A DNA stretch of 63,896 nt, the filler included, from Octopus bimaculoides (taxonomy: Eukaryota), in NCBI RefSeq assembly GCF_001194135.2. It is 7 parts of 6 records of this genome, joined end to end, with 100 filler letters (N's around TTAATTAATTAA, not from the genome) between each part and the next. Parts side by side here need not be neighbours in the genome. Positions count along the whole stretch, not along the records: positions 32,485 to 47,470 come from NC_069006.1; positions 47,571 to 55,436 come from NC_068984.1; 5 more parts are not named here. One strand, 5' to 3'. The notes beneath the pieces are model-generated. The model worked only from the letters and a program-made list of their open reading frames with translations. It had not been told where the DNA came from and searched no databases. Positions 39,771 to 51,847 of this stretch are shown here, piece by piece (the first letter of the stretch is position 1; each line of letters opens with the position of its first letter). The position numbers and the translations under genes were made by a program.

Positions 39771-40708
39771 AGCAGCGACAACAACAATAACAGAGTCCAT
39801 AAGTCAACGAGGGAGTGTCTATGGAGTCATTGGTTGGGCTAGATATAGCAGCGAAATTTGACTGGAATGAAGCCTTATTCGTGTTAGGTTTACGAGAAAG
39901 TATTCGCCGGGAATGCATGGTGTTGGGGTTCTGTGTACAGACAGGCAGGCAATTCTATGGTAACTGGCACGGATGGATTGGATCGCCTTGTTTATTTTTA
40001 GGTGATAGTCGGTCACGGCTGACTTCAGGCTAACGATAGCATTATGAACTGAACAACAGACACAGTAGTATCTTGATCATCATCATCATCATCATCATCG
40101 TCATCGTCTCCAGCATCACCATCATCATCATCATCGTCATCGTCGTCATCATATTCATCATCGCCGTCGGCGTCATCAGCATCATCAGCATCGTCGTCGT
40201 CATCGTCATCATCATCATCGTCATCATCATCATCATCGTCATCATCATCATCATCGTCAACATCATCATCATCGTCGTCATCATAATCATCATCGCCGTC
40301 GGCGTCATCAGCATCATCAACATCACCTTCGTCGTCGTCGTCTTCATCATCACCATCATCATCATCATCAACATTACCTTCGTCGTCGACGTCGTTATCA
40401 TCGTCATCATCATCATCATCATCACCTTCGTCGTCGTCGTCGTCATCATCGTCATCATCATCAACATCACCTTCGTCATCCTCATCATCATCATCATCGT
40501 AATCATCAAGAATAACAACAAACGCGGCAACAACAACAACAATAATAATAATAATAATAATCGTTTCTACTGTAGGCACAAGACCTTAAATTTGGGGAAA
40601 GGGGACTAGTCGATTACATCGACCCCAGTGCATAACTGGTACTCAATTTATCGACCCCGAAAGGATGAAAGGCAAAGTCGACCTCGGCGGAATGTGAACT
40701 CAGAACGT

Positions 40709-40751
<43 letters not shown>

Positions 40752-41106
40752 GTAATAGTAATAATAACGAAACCAACATTGGTAGCTTAGGAATAGTAGC
40801 TGTGAGAGCAGGAAAATAGGAAGGCAGCAGCAGCAGCAAAGAAAAAAGAACAACATTATCAACAACAACATTATCAACAACAACAACAAGACCAGCAGCA
40901 ACAACAGCGGGAACCGTTGGAGCGCCCAAAGCAGTTGGATGTGACAATTTCTTTACGCGTTTTCTGATGCCGTTTTTTGTTCGGTTACAATGGCTGCTGT
41001 TAGTGAGCAAAAATATCATCATCATCATCGCCATCACTGTCATCGTCGTCGTCATCACCGTCGTCACAATCATCATCATCACAATAATCATAATCATAAT
41101 CATCAC

Positions 41107-41142
<36 letters not shown>

Positions 41143-41566
41143 TATCACCGTCATCAACATCGTCATCGTCATCGTCATCATTATCATCATCATCAACATC
41201 GTCATCATCATCGTCATCATGATCACCATCATCAACATCGTTATCAACGTCCCCATCATCATCACTACAATCACCACCACCATCATCATCACCATCATCA
41301 TCACCATCATCATCCGTACATCATCATCATCATCATCACCATCACCATCATCACCATCATCATCCGTACATCATCACCATCACCATCATCATCATCATCA
41401 TCATTTCATCATCATGATCATCATCATCTTTGTCACCATTGTTATCGTCGTCGGCCTCCTCATCTTCATCATCATCGTCGTCGTCATCATCATCATCATC
41501 ATCGACATCATCACTATCCCACACTTAGTCATCATCACCAGCATCAGCATGATCAACAACATTTAA
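38445..41566. repeat. cluster of trinucleotide low-complexity tracts ((CAT)n/(CGT)n, (TAG)n, (AAC)n, (AAT)n)
   Basis: Direct reading; these tracts explain the poly-H/D/M/I/Y ORFs. Confidence 0.95.
40583..40708 (-). mobile_element. family A SINE fragment
   Basis: ATCGACCCCAGTGCATAACTGGTACTCAATTTATCGACCCCGAAAGGATGAAAGGCAAAGTCGACCTCGGCGGAATGTGAACTCAGAACG. Confidence 0.85.
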
Positions 41567-41643
41567 CGTCCGTTAAGTGAACTGGACAGCTAGCACGGAC
41601 TGGAAAGTTTGATAGGAACTGGTAAGGTCAGGAGCCTCACCAG

Positions 41644-41705
41644 GTTCCATAGTCTGTTTTGGCTTGGTTTCTACGGCTGGATGCCCTTCCTGTCGCCAAC
41701 CACAC
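41644..41705 (-). mobile_element. interspersed repeat fragment (family D)
   Basis: TTTCTACGGCTGGATGCCCTTCCTGTCGCCAACCACAC is the reverse complement of GTGTGGTTGGTGTTAGGAAGAGCATCCAGCTGTAGAAA at 63849-63886. Confidence 0.7.
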
Positions 41706-42424
41706 ATTACCATTACCACGTACTCAATTTATGATTCCTCTTTTCAACCTCAAGGCTATTACATGACGGAGACAAAGCAAAGCTAGATTGTTGACCTGGT
41801 GATACTTCTCTAGATCAGATCTGAAAACATNNNNNNNNNNNNNNNNNNNNNNNNNNNNNNNNNNNNNNNNNNNNNNNNNNNNNNNNNNNNNNNNNNNNNN
41901 NNNNNNNNNNNNNNNNNNNNNNNNNNNNNNNNNNNNNNNNNNNNNNNNNNNNNNNNNNNNNNNNNNNNNNNNNNNNNNNNNNNNNNNNNNNNNNNNNNNN
42001 NNNNNNNNNNNNNNNNNNNNNNNNNNNNNNNNNNNNNNNNNNNNNNNNNNNNNNNNNNNNNNNNNNNNNNNNNNNNNNNNNNNNNNNNNNNNNNNNNNNN
42101 NNNNNNNNNNNNNNNNNNNNNNNNNNNNNNNNNNNNNNNNNNNNNNNNNNNNNNNNNNNNNNNNNNNNNNNNNNNNNNNNNNNNNNNNNNNNNNNNNNNN
42201 NNNNNNNNNNNNNNNNNNNNNNNNNNNNNNNNNNNNNNNNNNNNNNNNNNNNNNNNNNNNNNNNNNNNNNNNNNNNNNNNNNNNNNNNNNNNNNNNNNNN
42301 NNNNNNNNNNNNNNNNNNNNNNNNNNNNNNNNNNNNNNNNNNNNNNNNNNNNNNNNNNNNNNNNNNNNNNNNNNNNNNNNNNNNNNNNNNNNNNNNNNNN
42401 NNNNNNNNNNNNNNNNNNNNNNNN

Positions 42425-42604
42425 TGTGCCTGTAATTCAAAGGGTCAGCCTTGTTACACTGTGTCACGCTCAATATCCCCGAGAACTATGTTAAGGGTAC
42501 ACGTGTCTGTGGAGTGCTCAGCCACTTGCACGCTAATTTCACGAGCAGGCTGTTCCGTTGATCGGATCAACTGGAACCCTCGACGTCGTAAGCGACTGAG
42601 TGCC
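42425..42604. mobile_element. GC-richer, structured interspersed-repeat-like segment
   Basis: Perfect-looking hairpin GTTCC-GTTGAT-CGG-ATCAAC-T-GGAAC and further pairings; sharp compositional contrast with the flanks. Only one copy is visible here. Confidence 0.5.
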
Positions 42605-42761
42605 GAAAATAACAACACAACATACAGTTTACCGTTATAGATTGTCATTTAGAGAAGTTGCTGGCTGTGTGAAGTGAATATTTGCGTGTGTATGGGGAGG
42701 GGGAAGCAGTGTGCATGTGTATGTGTGCGTGCAATCTGCGTGTGTGCATATTCATAGTTAA

Positions 42762-42874
42762 TTATACGAGCGTGTTTGCGAGTGTGTATGCGAGTGTATA
42801 CATGCATGTATGTGTGTGTGTATATATATATGTGTACATGTGCGTATATATGTATATATATATTTATACAGATG

Positions 42875-42936
<62 letters not shown>

Positions 42937-43049
42937 TACATAAATATATATATACATATATACACACACATATACACACATATATATATACACACACGCA
43001 TGCATGCATATATACACTCGCATACACACTCGCAAACACGCTCGTATAA
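42762..43049. repeat. inverted duplication centred on a (TA)n tract
   Basis: TTATACGAGCGTGTTTGCGAGTGTGTATGCGAGTGTATA at left; exact reverse complement ending at 43049. Confidence 0.9.
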
Positions 43050-43150
43050 GTATATATATATATGTGGATATTCATGCATATACATATATATATAAATATA
43101 TATACGCATATGCATATGTACTCATATATATAGATATGTTTATATATGCA

Positions 43151-43188
<38 letters not shown>

Positions 43189-45234
43189 TAAACGTATGTA
43201 TATTCGTACATACATGTGTGTGAGTAAGGAAACTTTTTCGGATACGGATATGAAATTTGCATTAGGTCCGCGTCCCCTATTCCAATATTGTAAATATATG
43301 TGTGTATAAAAACATGTGTGCGCGCATGTGTATGCGTGCATGTGCGTGTGTCTATCAATTTGACTTCCCAAGTGCAGTCCTGTTGCATATATATATATAT
43401 ATTAAATGTGCACCAACTGCAACTGGCAATCNNNNNNNNNNNNNNNNNNNNNNNNNNNNNNNNNNNNNNNNNNNNNNNNNNNNNNNNNNNNNNNNNNNNN
43501 NNNNNNNNNNNNNNNNNNNNNNNNNNNNNNNNNNNNNNNNNNNNNNNNNNNNNNNNNNNNNNNNNNNNNNNNNNNNNNNNNNNNNNNNNNNNNNNNNNNN
43601 NNNNNNNNNNNNNNNNNNNNNNNNNNNNNNNNNNNNNNNNNNNNNNNNNNNNNNNNNNNNNNNNNNNNNNNNNNNNNNNNNNNNNNNNNNNNNNNNNNNN
43701 NNNNNNNNNNNNNNNNNNNNNNNNNNNNNNNNNNNNNNNNNNNNNNNNNNNNNNNNNNNNNNNNNNNNNNNNNNNNNNNNNNNNNNNNNNNNNNNNNNTC
43801 TTTCCCTCTCTCTCTCTTTCCCTCTCTCATAAGCTCATTCTGCAAAATCCATTCCCGCCATTTCCCTCTCGAACATTCTGCCAAACATACTCTATCCACC
43901 CTTTCAATGTTACGAGTAGGAAACTGGCGATTTGCTACAGAAACCACCACTACTACTTCTACTGCTACTACTACTACTACTACTACTACTACTAGCGTTA
44001 GAGTGGAATTTTGCTGATTTGGAGGAACGGTAAACTGCGAGTGAGCTTTCATGTACTTGTCACAATGCAGGACATTCGAGCCTAAGTGAAAGAGAGAGGA
44101 GATGGAAGCGGAGGGGAAGCAGGAGGAAGACAAGAAGAGGAAGAAGAAGAAGTAGTAGTAGTAGTAGTAGTAGTAGAAGAAGTAGTCATCGTCGTCGTAG
44201 TAGTAGTAGTGGTAGAAGAAGAAAAAGAAGATATTGACTCCATGACGCAATGTGTCTGAAAAAAGATAAGGGGTGACGCGAACCTACCTACTATCTGTCT
44301 CTCTCTCTCTCTCCCTTTCTCATTTTCTCTCTCTCTCTCTCTCTCTCTCTCGTTGCTCACACGTGACTATCGTCCATCATTCTTTTCCTTACGTGATCAT
44401 CTTTCTTTTCCTTCAGGACCGTCCTAAGGGCTGGACGTATTCCACCTCTGTCTTCTATCTTTTCTCTTCTCAAAGAAGATATTTCTCCAGAGTTCGCTAT
44501 TTTATTTTCGTTCTGGTCTGAAGACCCTCCATGTTTGTTTTTGTTTGGTTTCCTTGTATGTCTCCTCTGTCTTGTCTTTATTCCCAACTTTGGCCCGCCA
44601 TAAGTCCCAAATTTTATTTTGGTATTTATGGGGAGCAACTGTCTTCGAAGACTCATATTGTCGTTCAGTGCTCGAAATGAGGAGTATGTAGTCAGCCGAC
44701 AACTGATGAAAGGTTTTTTATGTTACCTGCATTTGTTTTCTCTCGTTGTTTGCGTATTAAACTCATTTGTTTTCGTATTATTGTTTACTGTTGGTGCGAA
44801 TATATATATGTGTGTGTATNNNNNNNNNNNNNNNNNNNNNNNNNNNNNNNNNNNNNNNNNNNNNNNNNNNNNNNNNNNNNNNNNNNNNNNNNNNNNNNNN
44901 NNNNNNNNNNNNNNNNNNNNNNNNNNNNNNNNNNNNNNNNNNNNNNNNNNNNNNNNNNNNNNNNNNNNNNNNNNNNNNNNNNNNNNNNNNNNNNNNNNNN
45001 NNNNNNNNNNNNNNNNNNNNNNNNNNNNNNNNNNNNNNNNNNNNNNNNNNNNNNNNNNNNNNNNNNNNNNNNNNNNNTTTATAATATTATTTGATTAAGC
45101 GCCATGCATCCATGTGTGTGTGTGTGTGCGTATGTGTGTGTGTGTGTGTGTGTGTAGAAAGCCCGCTATACACATAGGAAACTCACCACGCACTCGCTAG
45201 AGGACACAAGCACACAGAGACACACAAACACATG

Positions 45235-45385
45235 ACCAACTTCCTCACTGCTTCCGGCTATCAAATCTACTCACAAGCATTGATCGACCTTGGGCTATAG
45301 GAGATATTACTTGCCGAAATTGTTGCGCAGTAGGACTGATCCCGAAGCCTTACGGTTACGAAGCTAGCTGCTTAACCATAAAGTC
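45235..45385 (-). mobile_element. degenerate family B SINE 5' half
   Basis: ATCAAATCTACTCACAAGCATTGATCGACCTTGGGCTATAG..ACTTGCC..GCAGTAGGACTGA. Confidence 0.65.
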
Positions 45386-45703
45386 AAGTTTGCGTTTTAA
45401 TATCTCTATTTTGTCCGATTATCTACAACCATTTCTGTCTCTGACTCCAATAATAGGCATAAAGCAGGGAGCATAGTTTCATAACACGACCCTTTTCCGT
45501 CCGGTAAATAATCCTTCACAACCTACTTAAGAGTTGAAGAGTCTGTAAGCATGTTGCTTCCCTATAAGCTAATTGTTGCTAATTTAGGTCGTTGCTAATT
45601 TCCTCTGAATTTCAATTTTACTTCGTCATTAAATCTCAAGACGAGAACCCAATTTTCAATTAAAATATTGATTTATTGCATCCTTATGATAATCGCTGAC
45701 TTT

Positions 45704-45737
<34 letters not shown>

Positions 45738-45865
45738 TAATAATAATAATAATAATAATAATAATTGCCCTGATACAGTATCTGGCAGTGACTGTCAAGG
45801 CTTTTCATCTTAACTGATTAGAAGTGTTATCATGTACATTGTTTTGTCTTGATATAGAAGATGGG

Positions 45866-46010
45866 CTACAGCAAATATTCTGCTCAATACCACAGATTTG
45901 CTTGTCATTTGCTTGACCTTAACCAGTTAAGCATGTTCCTTAGTGCCCATTGCCAGGCACTACATCAGAGAATTTACTACATCATGGCATTTACGTACTG
46001 CATTAGGGCA

Positions 46011-46085
<75 letters not shown>

Positions 46086-46445
46086 TGAGTGAGAGCGAAG
46101 CGCATGCCATCGAAGTGATACTGCTGTACCACTATACGTAGCTCAGTATACCCATCGTAACTATCCATCTGATAAGGTAACACCATGCTCATGCATCATA
46201 ACCATGTGTGTATGATATGATTACTCAAGGTAAAAAGCGCATAATCTTGCAGGTGGGGCCCAGTTAGTATTTTCTTAAGGTCAAATAGCCATCCCTCTCA
46301 TGGCTTTTAATCATACATATTGGAAGTGTGAGCATGTGGATATTTTCTCTTGCTATAAAACACGGTCTACAGCAAATATTCTGCTCAATACCGCAAATTT
46401 ACTCGTCATATGCTTGACCATTACCAGTTGAGTATGTTCCGTAGT
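45866..46445. repeat. dispersed direct repeat of about 80 bp (two copies)
   Basis: CTACAGCAAATATTCTGCTCAATACC..TGCTTGACC.T.ACCAGTT.AG.ATGTTCC at about 45866 and about 46368. Confidence 0.75.
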
Positions 46446-47570
46446 GGCATCTCTGATCCCGAGCAAGAGTATTGGAGGAGCATCATAGTCCTGTGTCAAG
46501 AGGAATTCTTTGGGGGTTGAATAATTCACCTCTGGAATCATGAGTATTTCGCTCATCACCCTTACACAAAACCTTATTCAGAGACCTATTGAGTGGGATG
46601 GGCTACTTCACCTGAATAATATTCGAACTGGGCCCCGCCAACAAGGAGAAGACCACACCAATATAAAACCTACAGCTTGCTGGTCATCGCAGCCATCTTA
46701 GATTACCGAACCATTGTAGAGAGACCTCAGACACGACGCTAAACGTTTTTGTCCCACGTGCTGACGATTCTGCCAGCTCGCCGTCTTGAGGAACTTTTAT
46801 TCGTTTATTTGTTTCAGTCATTTGACAGCGGCCATGCTGGAGCACTGCCTTCGTACATAATTTAAAATGAGAACAACAAAAATTATAATCTAAATCCCGT
46901 TCTGCTGATCGATTAATTATTTAGCTTGTTACTCCAATATACACATGCAAAATAAAATACATGATGAAGAAAATGTACAAATTTAGTATTCCCGAACGAC
47001 TCTTAGCTGAAAATGCTTAATTTCAAGCAGAAAGAACGTCAGAGACTGTCGGTCAAGGAATAGTTTGCATAATCACTTGGAAATATGTTGCGCTTTATTT
47101 CTTTCATAGAATGTTAGTAGAAGCTTCGCATTAGCTTTCTGCGAGGAAATATAACAAAACGCCCACAGCTGATTTCGAACACACCTGTTTCAAGTTACAA
47201 GGCCAGCCTGACCTTGCTAATTATACAATACACTTTAATGTATATAAATTTCTTCATGTATGTTGAATATCCTTTAATATAACAAGTTTTTTTTAAGTAC
47301 ATTTCATATACTTAAATATATTTTTCCTTCTGTAAAAATTATGAATAATAGTTTTTTTTTTTATTTAGTTTGTTCAAAAAAAAAAAAATAAATAAAATAA
47401 AGAATTTAACCGAGAATGTCAAAATAATTAAAGCTCTAGAGAGGGAGGAAACATGTCAAAAAAATTAGTANNNNNNNNNNNNNNNNNNNNNNNNNNNNNN
47501 NNNNNNNNNNNNNNTTAATTAATTAANNNNNNNNNNNNNNNNNNNNNNNNNNNNNNNNNNNNNNNNNNNN

Positions 47571-50330
47571 ACTTTGTGTAGGTCACTCAGGCTCTTTGGG
47601 AGTATATTAAAAAGGTGTAGGCCCTGAAACTCAGGCTGTTGCAGTAACTGGTCTTGAAGCGCGATGGCATTGCTAGGATCTTTAGAACTGTGCAGTGTCG
47701 ACCCGTTCTGGCAATGGTGTAGCTTTCAATGCCAAAATTTGGCACAATTGCTTCCAGGATCTTCCAGATGTATATTACTACATACCTCTCCCGCCTTCGC
47801 TCCAGGAAGTAGAGTCTTAGCTGTTTTGAGCCTTTCCCAGTTGCTGAGCTGTTGTAATGAGACGATCTTCTTTGTGAAGCTTCGCTGGATTGCTTCAAGC
47901 TCCGCTGTTAATTTTACACTTATTGAGTGACCATAGTAATCCAGGCAGCTGAAGACGAATGTCCTCCAGAGGACCATCATGGTTTCCTTCTCTCTGGTTC
48001 TGAACGTTCACAAGATCCATCCAGCCAGTCGTCTGCACTTTGTCGCCATCCTGGTAATGTGCACTTGGAAAGAGGTATCATCACTCATGCCGATACCCAG
48101 GTCCCTCACTGATTTAGGTTCTGGAATTGTAATCCTCTATGGACCAGTGTACCCCGTAAGTTTTATATTCAGTTTTGGACGCTGGTAGCGCAGGGCTTGG
48201 AACTTTTCAGCATTAAACTGCATATTATTATCCTCAGCCCATCTGTAAATTGAGTCCAACTCCTGCTGAAGGTGTGCAACATCGCTGGGGTTCTGTATTT
48301 TCTGCGAGACTTTCGTATCGTCTGCGTAGCTAGCAAAGGTGGCTATCCGGGCAACTGAGGGCACATCTGAGAGGGCCACTATGAAAAGCAGTGGTCCCAA
48401 GAGAGTGCCCTGTGGAACACCGCTCATTATTTGTGTTTTCTTTGAGGTGGCTCCATTGGCTACTACTGCCTAACTTCTGTCTTTCAGAAAGTCATGTAAC
48501 CACTCTCTAAGTTTTCCAGCTATGCCGAGATCCACTTTATGAAAATCTTTTGTAAAGTCAAGGTATATTACGTCTACATGTGAGTTGTTGAGTAACTGCC
48601 TCAATACCTAGTCATTGTGCTGTAGGAGCTGGGTCAGGTAGCTCCTACCTGGTCGAAAGCCGTGCTAGGTATCACTCAACAAGTTGTTTTCTTCAAGGAA
48701 TGTGATTAGTCTCACTCTGACTATCAGTTCCATGACTTTGCTGATGTGTGAAGTCAGATAGACTTCACACATCATTTTTGGCATCTGCTCTGCTTCCTCC
48801 TTTATGGATTGGGCATATTATTCCCCCCTTCAGTTTGCTTGGCAGCCTGCCATTTGCAAGAAAACTCTGGAAGAGAATCTGTAGAGGTTTCGCCAGGGCA
48901 CGCTTACACGATTTTAGGAGGATTGCTGGGAAACCATCAAGACCAGCAGCTGGATTTGCGTCCACCTTATCTATGGCTAGTAGTATATCTTCTTCGCTAA
49001 TGTCGATTTATTCCATCGTAACTGCCACGCTGGTTATAGGTGAGGCGGCAAAGAAATCCACTAGTTCGTTCACTTGTCTGTGTTCCAACGGGGTGGCAAA
49101 GACACTTTTGAACTGGTCATTCAGTACCTCACTGATCCTGGTTGGACTGTCTGTGAGGGAGCCATCGTTTTGGAAGAGGGGTCCTATTTTGCAGCGTACT
49201 GAGGCTGTTTCTTTGGCATAATGAAATAAGGCCTTCTGGTTTGACTTAATGTTTTTTATAACCCAGGCTTCATTGTCTGCTTTCTCTCTCACATAAGATT
49301 GTTACAGGTTTTTTTCTATCTCCATCAGTGATGTTTTTAGGCGGGACCTTTTACTACTTTTGGAATGTTGGTTGAAGCGATTTGCAACTTTAGTCTGTCG
49401 CCTAATGATGATCTTCCTTGACCTTGGAATCTTGTTCCTTTTTGTGTTGGCCTTGTTTTGGCATAACAGACATGAAATGTTGGCATAACAGACATGAAAT
49501 ATTCTAGTTTCAGGCCAATGTCTTGTGTGGAGATACATTTCGGTCAGTCCTGTCTGGGAATCTCATTTTGGATCGATTTCCAGTCTGCTCTGTGGAAGTT
49601 CAGATTGGAAAGAGTTCGGGCGCTTCCTTTAGGCTGTATGTCTCTGGTTACTTTTGGTCCATACATAGACAGCTCAATTATGTTGTGATCCGAAACTAAT
49701 GTCGGCGTCACTTTCACATCATAAACGATGTCCATATTGTTTGTGAAGCAGAGATCCAAAATGTTATAGGCCCTAGTTGGTCTGAGTACAGTTTGCTCCA
49801 TGAATAGGGCATTGGTGATGTTGAGCAGGGACTCCACCTGTGCTTGTTTGCAATGAATCATTCCAGAGAGCATGAGGCCTTCGGGCCATTTGACATTGGG
49901 GAAGTTGAAATTACTCATAAGAAATACGCTCACATGGTGTTCCAGTTTCATGAGGATTTCTTTAATTCTTATGAGGCAATCTTCAAACTTGCCTATGTGG
50001 TTTCGAGCATCTGGTGGGCGATATGTATTGCATATGACTATTTTGTGTTGTCTTATGTATACAATTTGAGTATGACAGTGAGACCTAGTGTGTGAGGTTT
50101 TCACGGATGTATACAACAACTCCACAATGGCTCCTTTCCCTTCTGTCTGCTCGCAGTAAGGTATATTTTGGTACGTGTACTTCTGCATCCTCTATATCAG
50201 GGCTCAGATGAGTTTCCATGAGTGCTATGCGCAGGGCTTGATTGTATACAGCAAGGTCTCTCAGGAAATAAATTTTGCTTTTATTGTGATGCAACAGGCC
50301 TTTAATATTTAGTAAAAATATTAGCGTGAC
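47571..50330 (-). mobile_element. CR1/L2-group LINE ORF2 (APE endonuclease plus RT), decayed
   Basis: EN: LLNIKGL..IALMETHL..RADR..GVVVYI, CNTYRPPD, NFNFPNVKW, PTRAYNILDLCFTN, SDHNII. RT: AAGLDGFPAILLK, PIHKGG, SGVPQGTLLGPLLF, YADDTK, LDSIYRWAEDNNMQFNAEK. C-terminus: LEAIQRSFTK, LERRRERY. Many stops and frameshifts. Confidence 0.93.
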
Positions 50331-50960
50331 GACTGTGCAGGCGTTAGGTGAGGCCACCATCGCTTGACAACTGATGTTGGTGTGTTTACGTCCCCGTAAC
50401 TTGGCGGTTGATTGTGGTGGTCTTTCGCAGTGATGGGCAAGGTTTCTTGTTTGCGCTTGATGTATATATATAATATAACAAACGAAGGAAAAAACGATTC
50501 CTTCAAAGGGGCGTAAAACATCCAATTCACTGGTACGGCAGTAGAATACCACAGAAATAGGGGCATAAATGCAAATTACAAATAATAATAGAGAAATACA
50601 ATTGACCGTTATAAACTGACTTAATTATTTTATCTATTTAAATTTTGTTGTTCTTCTATTGTACTTATTATGCATTTAAATTGTTAACGCTCACGCTCCT
50701 AAACATAGGTATTTTGAATCAGTCTTATGCAATCTGGTAGTCCTTTTACCTAGAATTTCGTCTGTCTTTTTAAACCAAGGCTCTGAAGAGACTTGTATAC
50801 ATAGATATGAATTGTTTATAAATCAAATAATGTATATAAGTCGAAACAAATTGTTGGCTTTATTTGTTTTTTTTTAAAATTGGTTGTTATGTTATATTTT
50901 ATATTATATCATATTATAATGTAATAAATTGTTAGATTGTCAACTGTATTTCTCTATTTA

Positions 50961-51022
<62 letters not shown>

Positions 51023-51702
51023 NNNNNNNNNNNNNNNNNNNNNNNNNNNNNNNNNNNNNNNNNNNNNNNNNNNNNNNNNNNNNNNNNNNNNNNNNNNNNN
51101 NNNNNNNNNNNNNNNNNNNNNNNNNNNNNNNNNNNNNNNNNNNNNNNNNNNNNNNNNNNNNNNNNNNNNNNNNNNNNNNNNNNNNNNNNNNNNNNNNNNN
51201 NNNNNNNNNNNNNNNNNNNNNNNNNNNNNNNNNNNNNNNNNNNNNNNNNNNNNNNNNNNNNNNNNNNNNNNNNNNNNNNNNNNNNNNNNNNNNNNNNNNN
51301 NNNNNNNNNNNNNNNNNNNNNNNNNNNNNNNNNNNNNNNNNNNNNNNNNNNNNNNNNNNNNNNNNNNNNNNNNNNNNNNNNNNNNNNNNNNNNNNNNNNN
51401 NNNNNNNNNNNNNNNNNNNNNNNNNNNNNNNNNNNNNNNNNNNNNNNNNNNNNNNNNNNNNNNNNNNNNNNNNNNNNNNNNNNNNNNNNNNNNNNNNNNN
51501 NNNNNNNNNNNNNNNNNNNNNNNNNNNNNNNNNNNNNNNNNNNNNNNNNNNNNNNNNNNNNNNNNNNNNNNNNNNNNNNNNNNNNNNNNNNNNNNNNNNN
51601 NNNNNNNNNNNNNNNNNNNNNNNNNNNNNNNNNNNNNNNNNNNNNNNNNNNNNNNNNNNNNNNNNNNNNNNNNNNNNNNNNNNNNNNNNNNNNNNNNNNN
51701 NN

Positions 51703-51847
51703 NTATATATATACGACGGGCTCCTTTCAGTTTCCGTCTACCAAATCCACTCACAAAGCTTTGGCAGGCTATAATAGCCGACACTTGCCCAAGGTGCCAC
51801 GCAGTGGGACTGAACCCGAAACCATGCGGTTGGTTAGGAAGCTACTT
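51703..51847 (-). mobile_element. family B SINE 5' half lacking its first ~13 nt
   Basis: CGACGGGCTCCTTTCAGTTTCCGTCTACCAAATCCACTCACAA..GACACTTGCCCAAGGTGCCACGCAGTGGGACTGAACCC..GGTTGGTTAGGAAGCTACTT. Confidence 0.85.

Noticed and set aside
49458-49500. 22-bp tandem duplication inside the CR1-like LINE
   Set aside because: An ordinary post-insertion slippage mutation.
50085-50552. 155-aa ORF fusing novel N-terminal sequence to an APE endonuclease
   Set aside because: The N-terminal part is read-through of flanking DNA and a family B SINE fragment (50345-50410); the open frame is probably chance.
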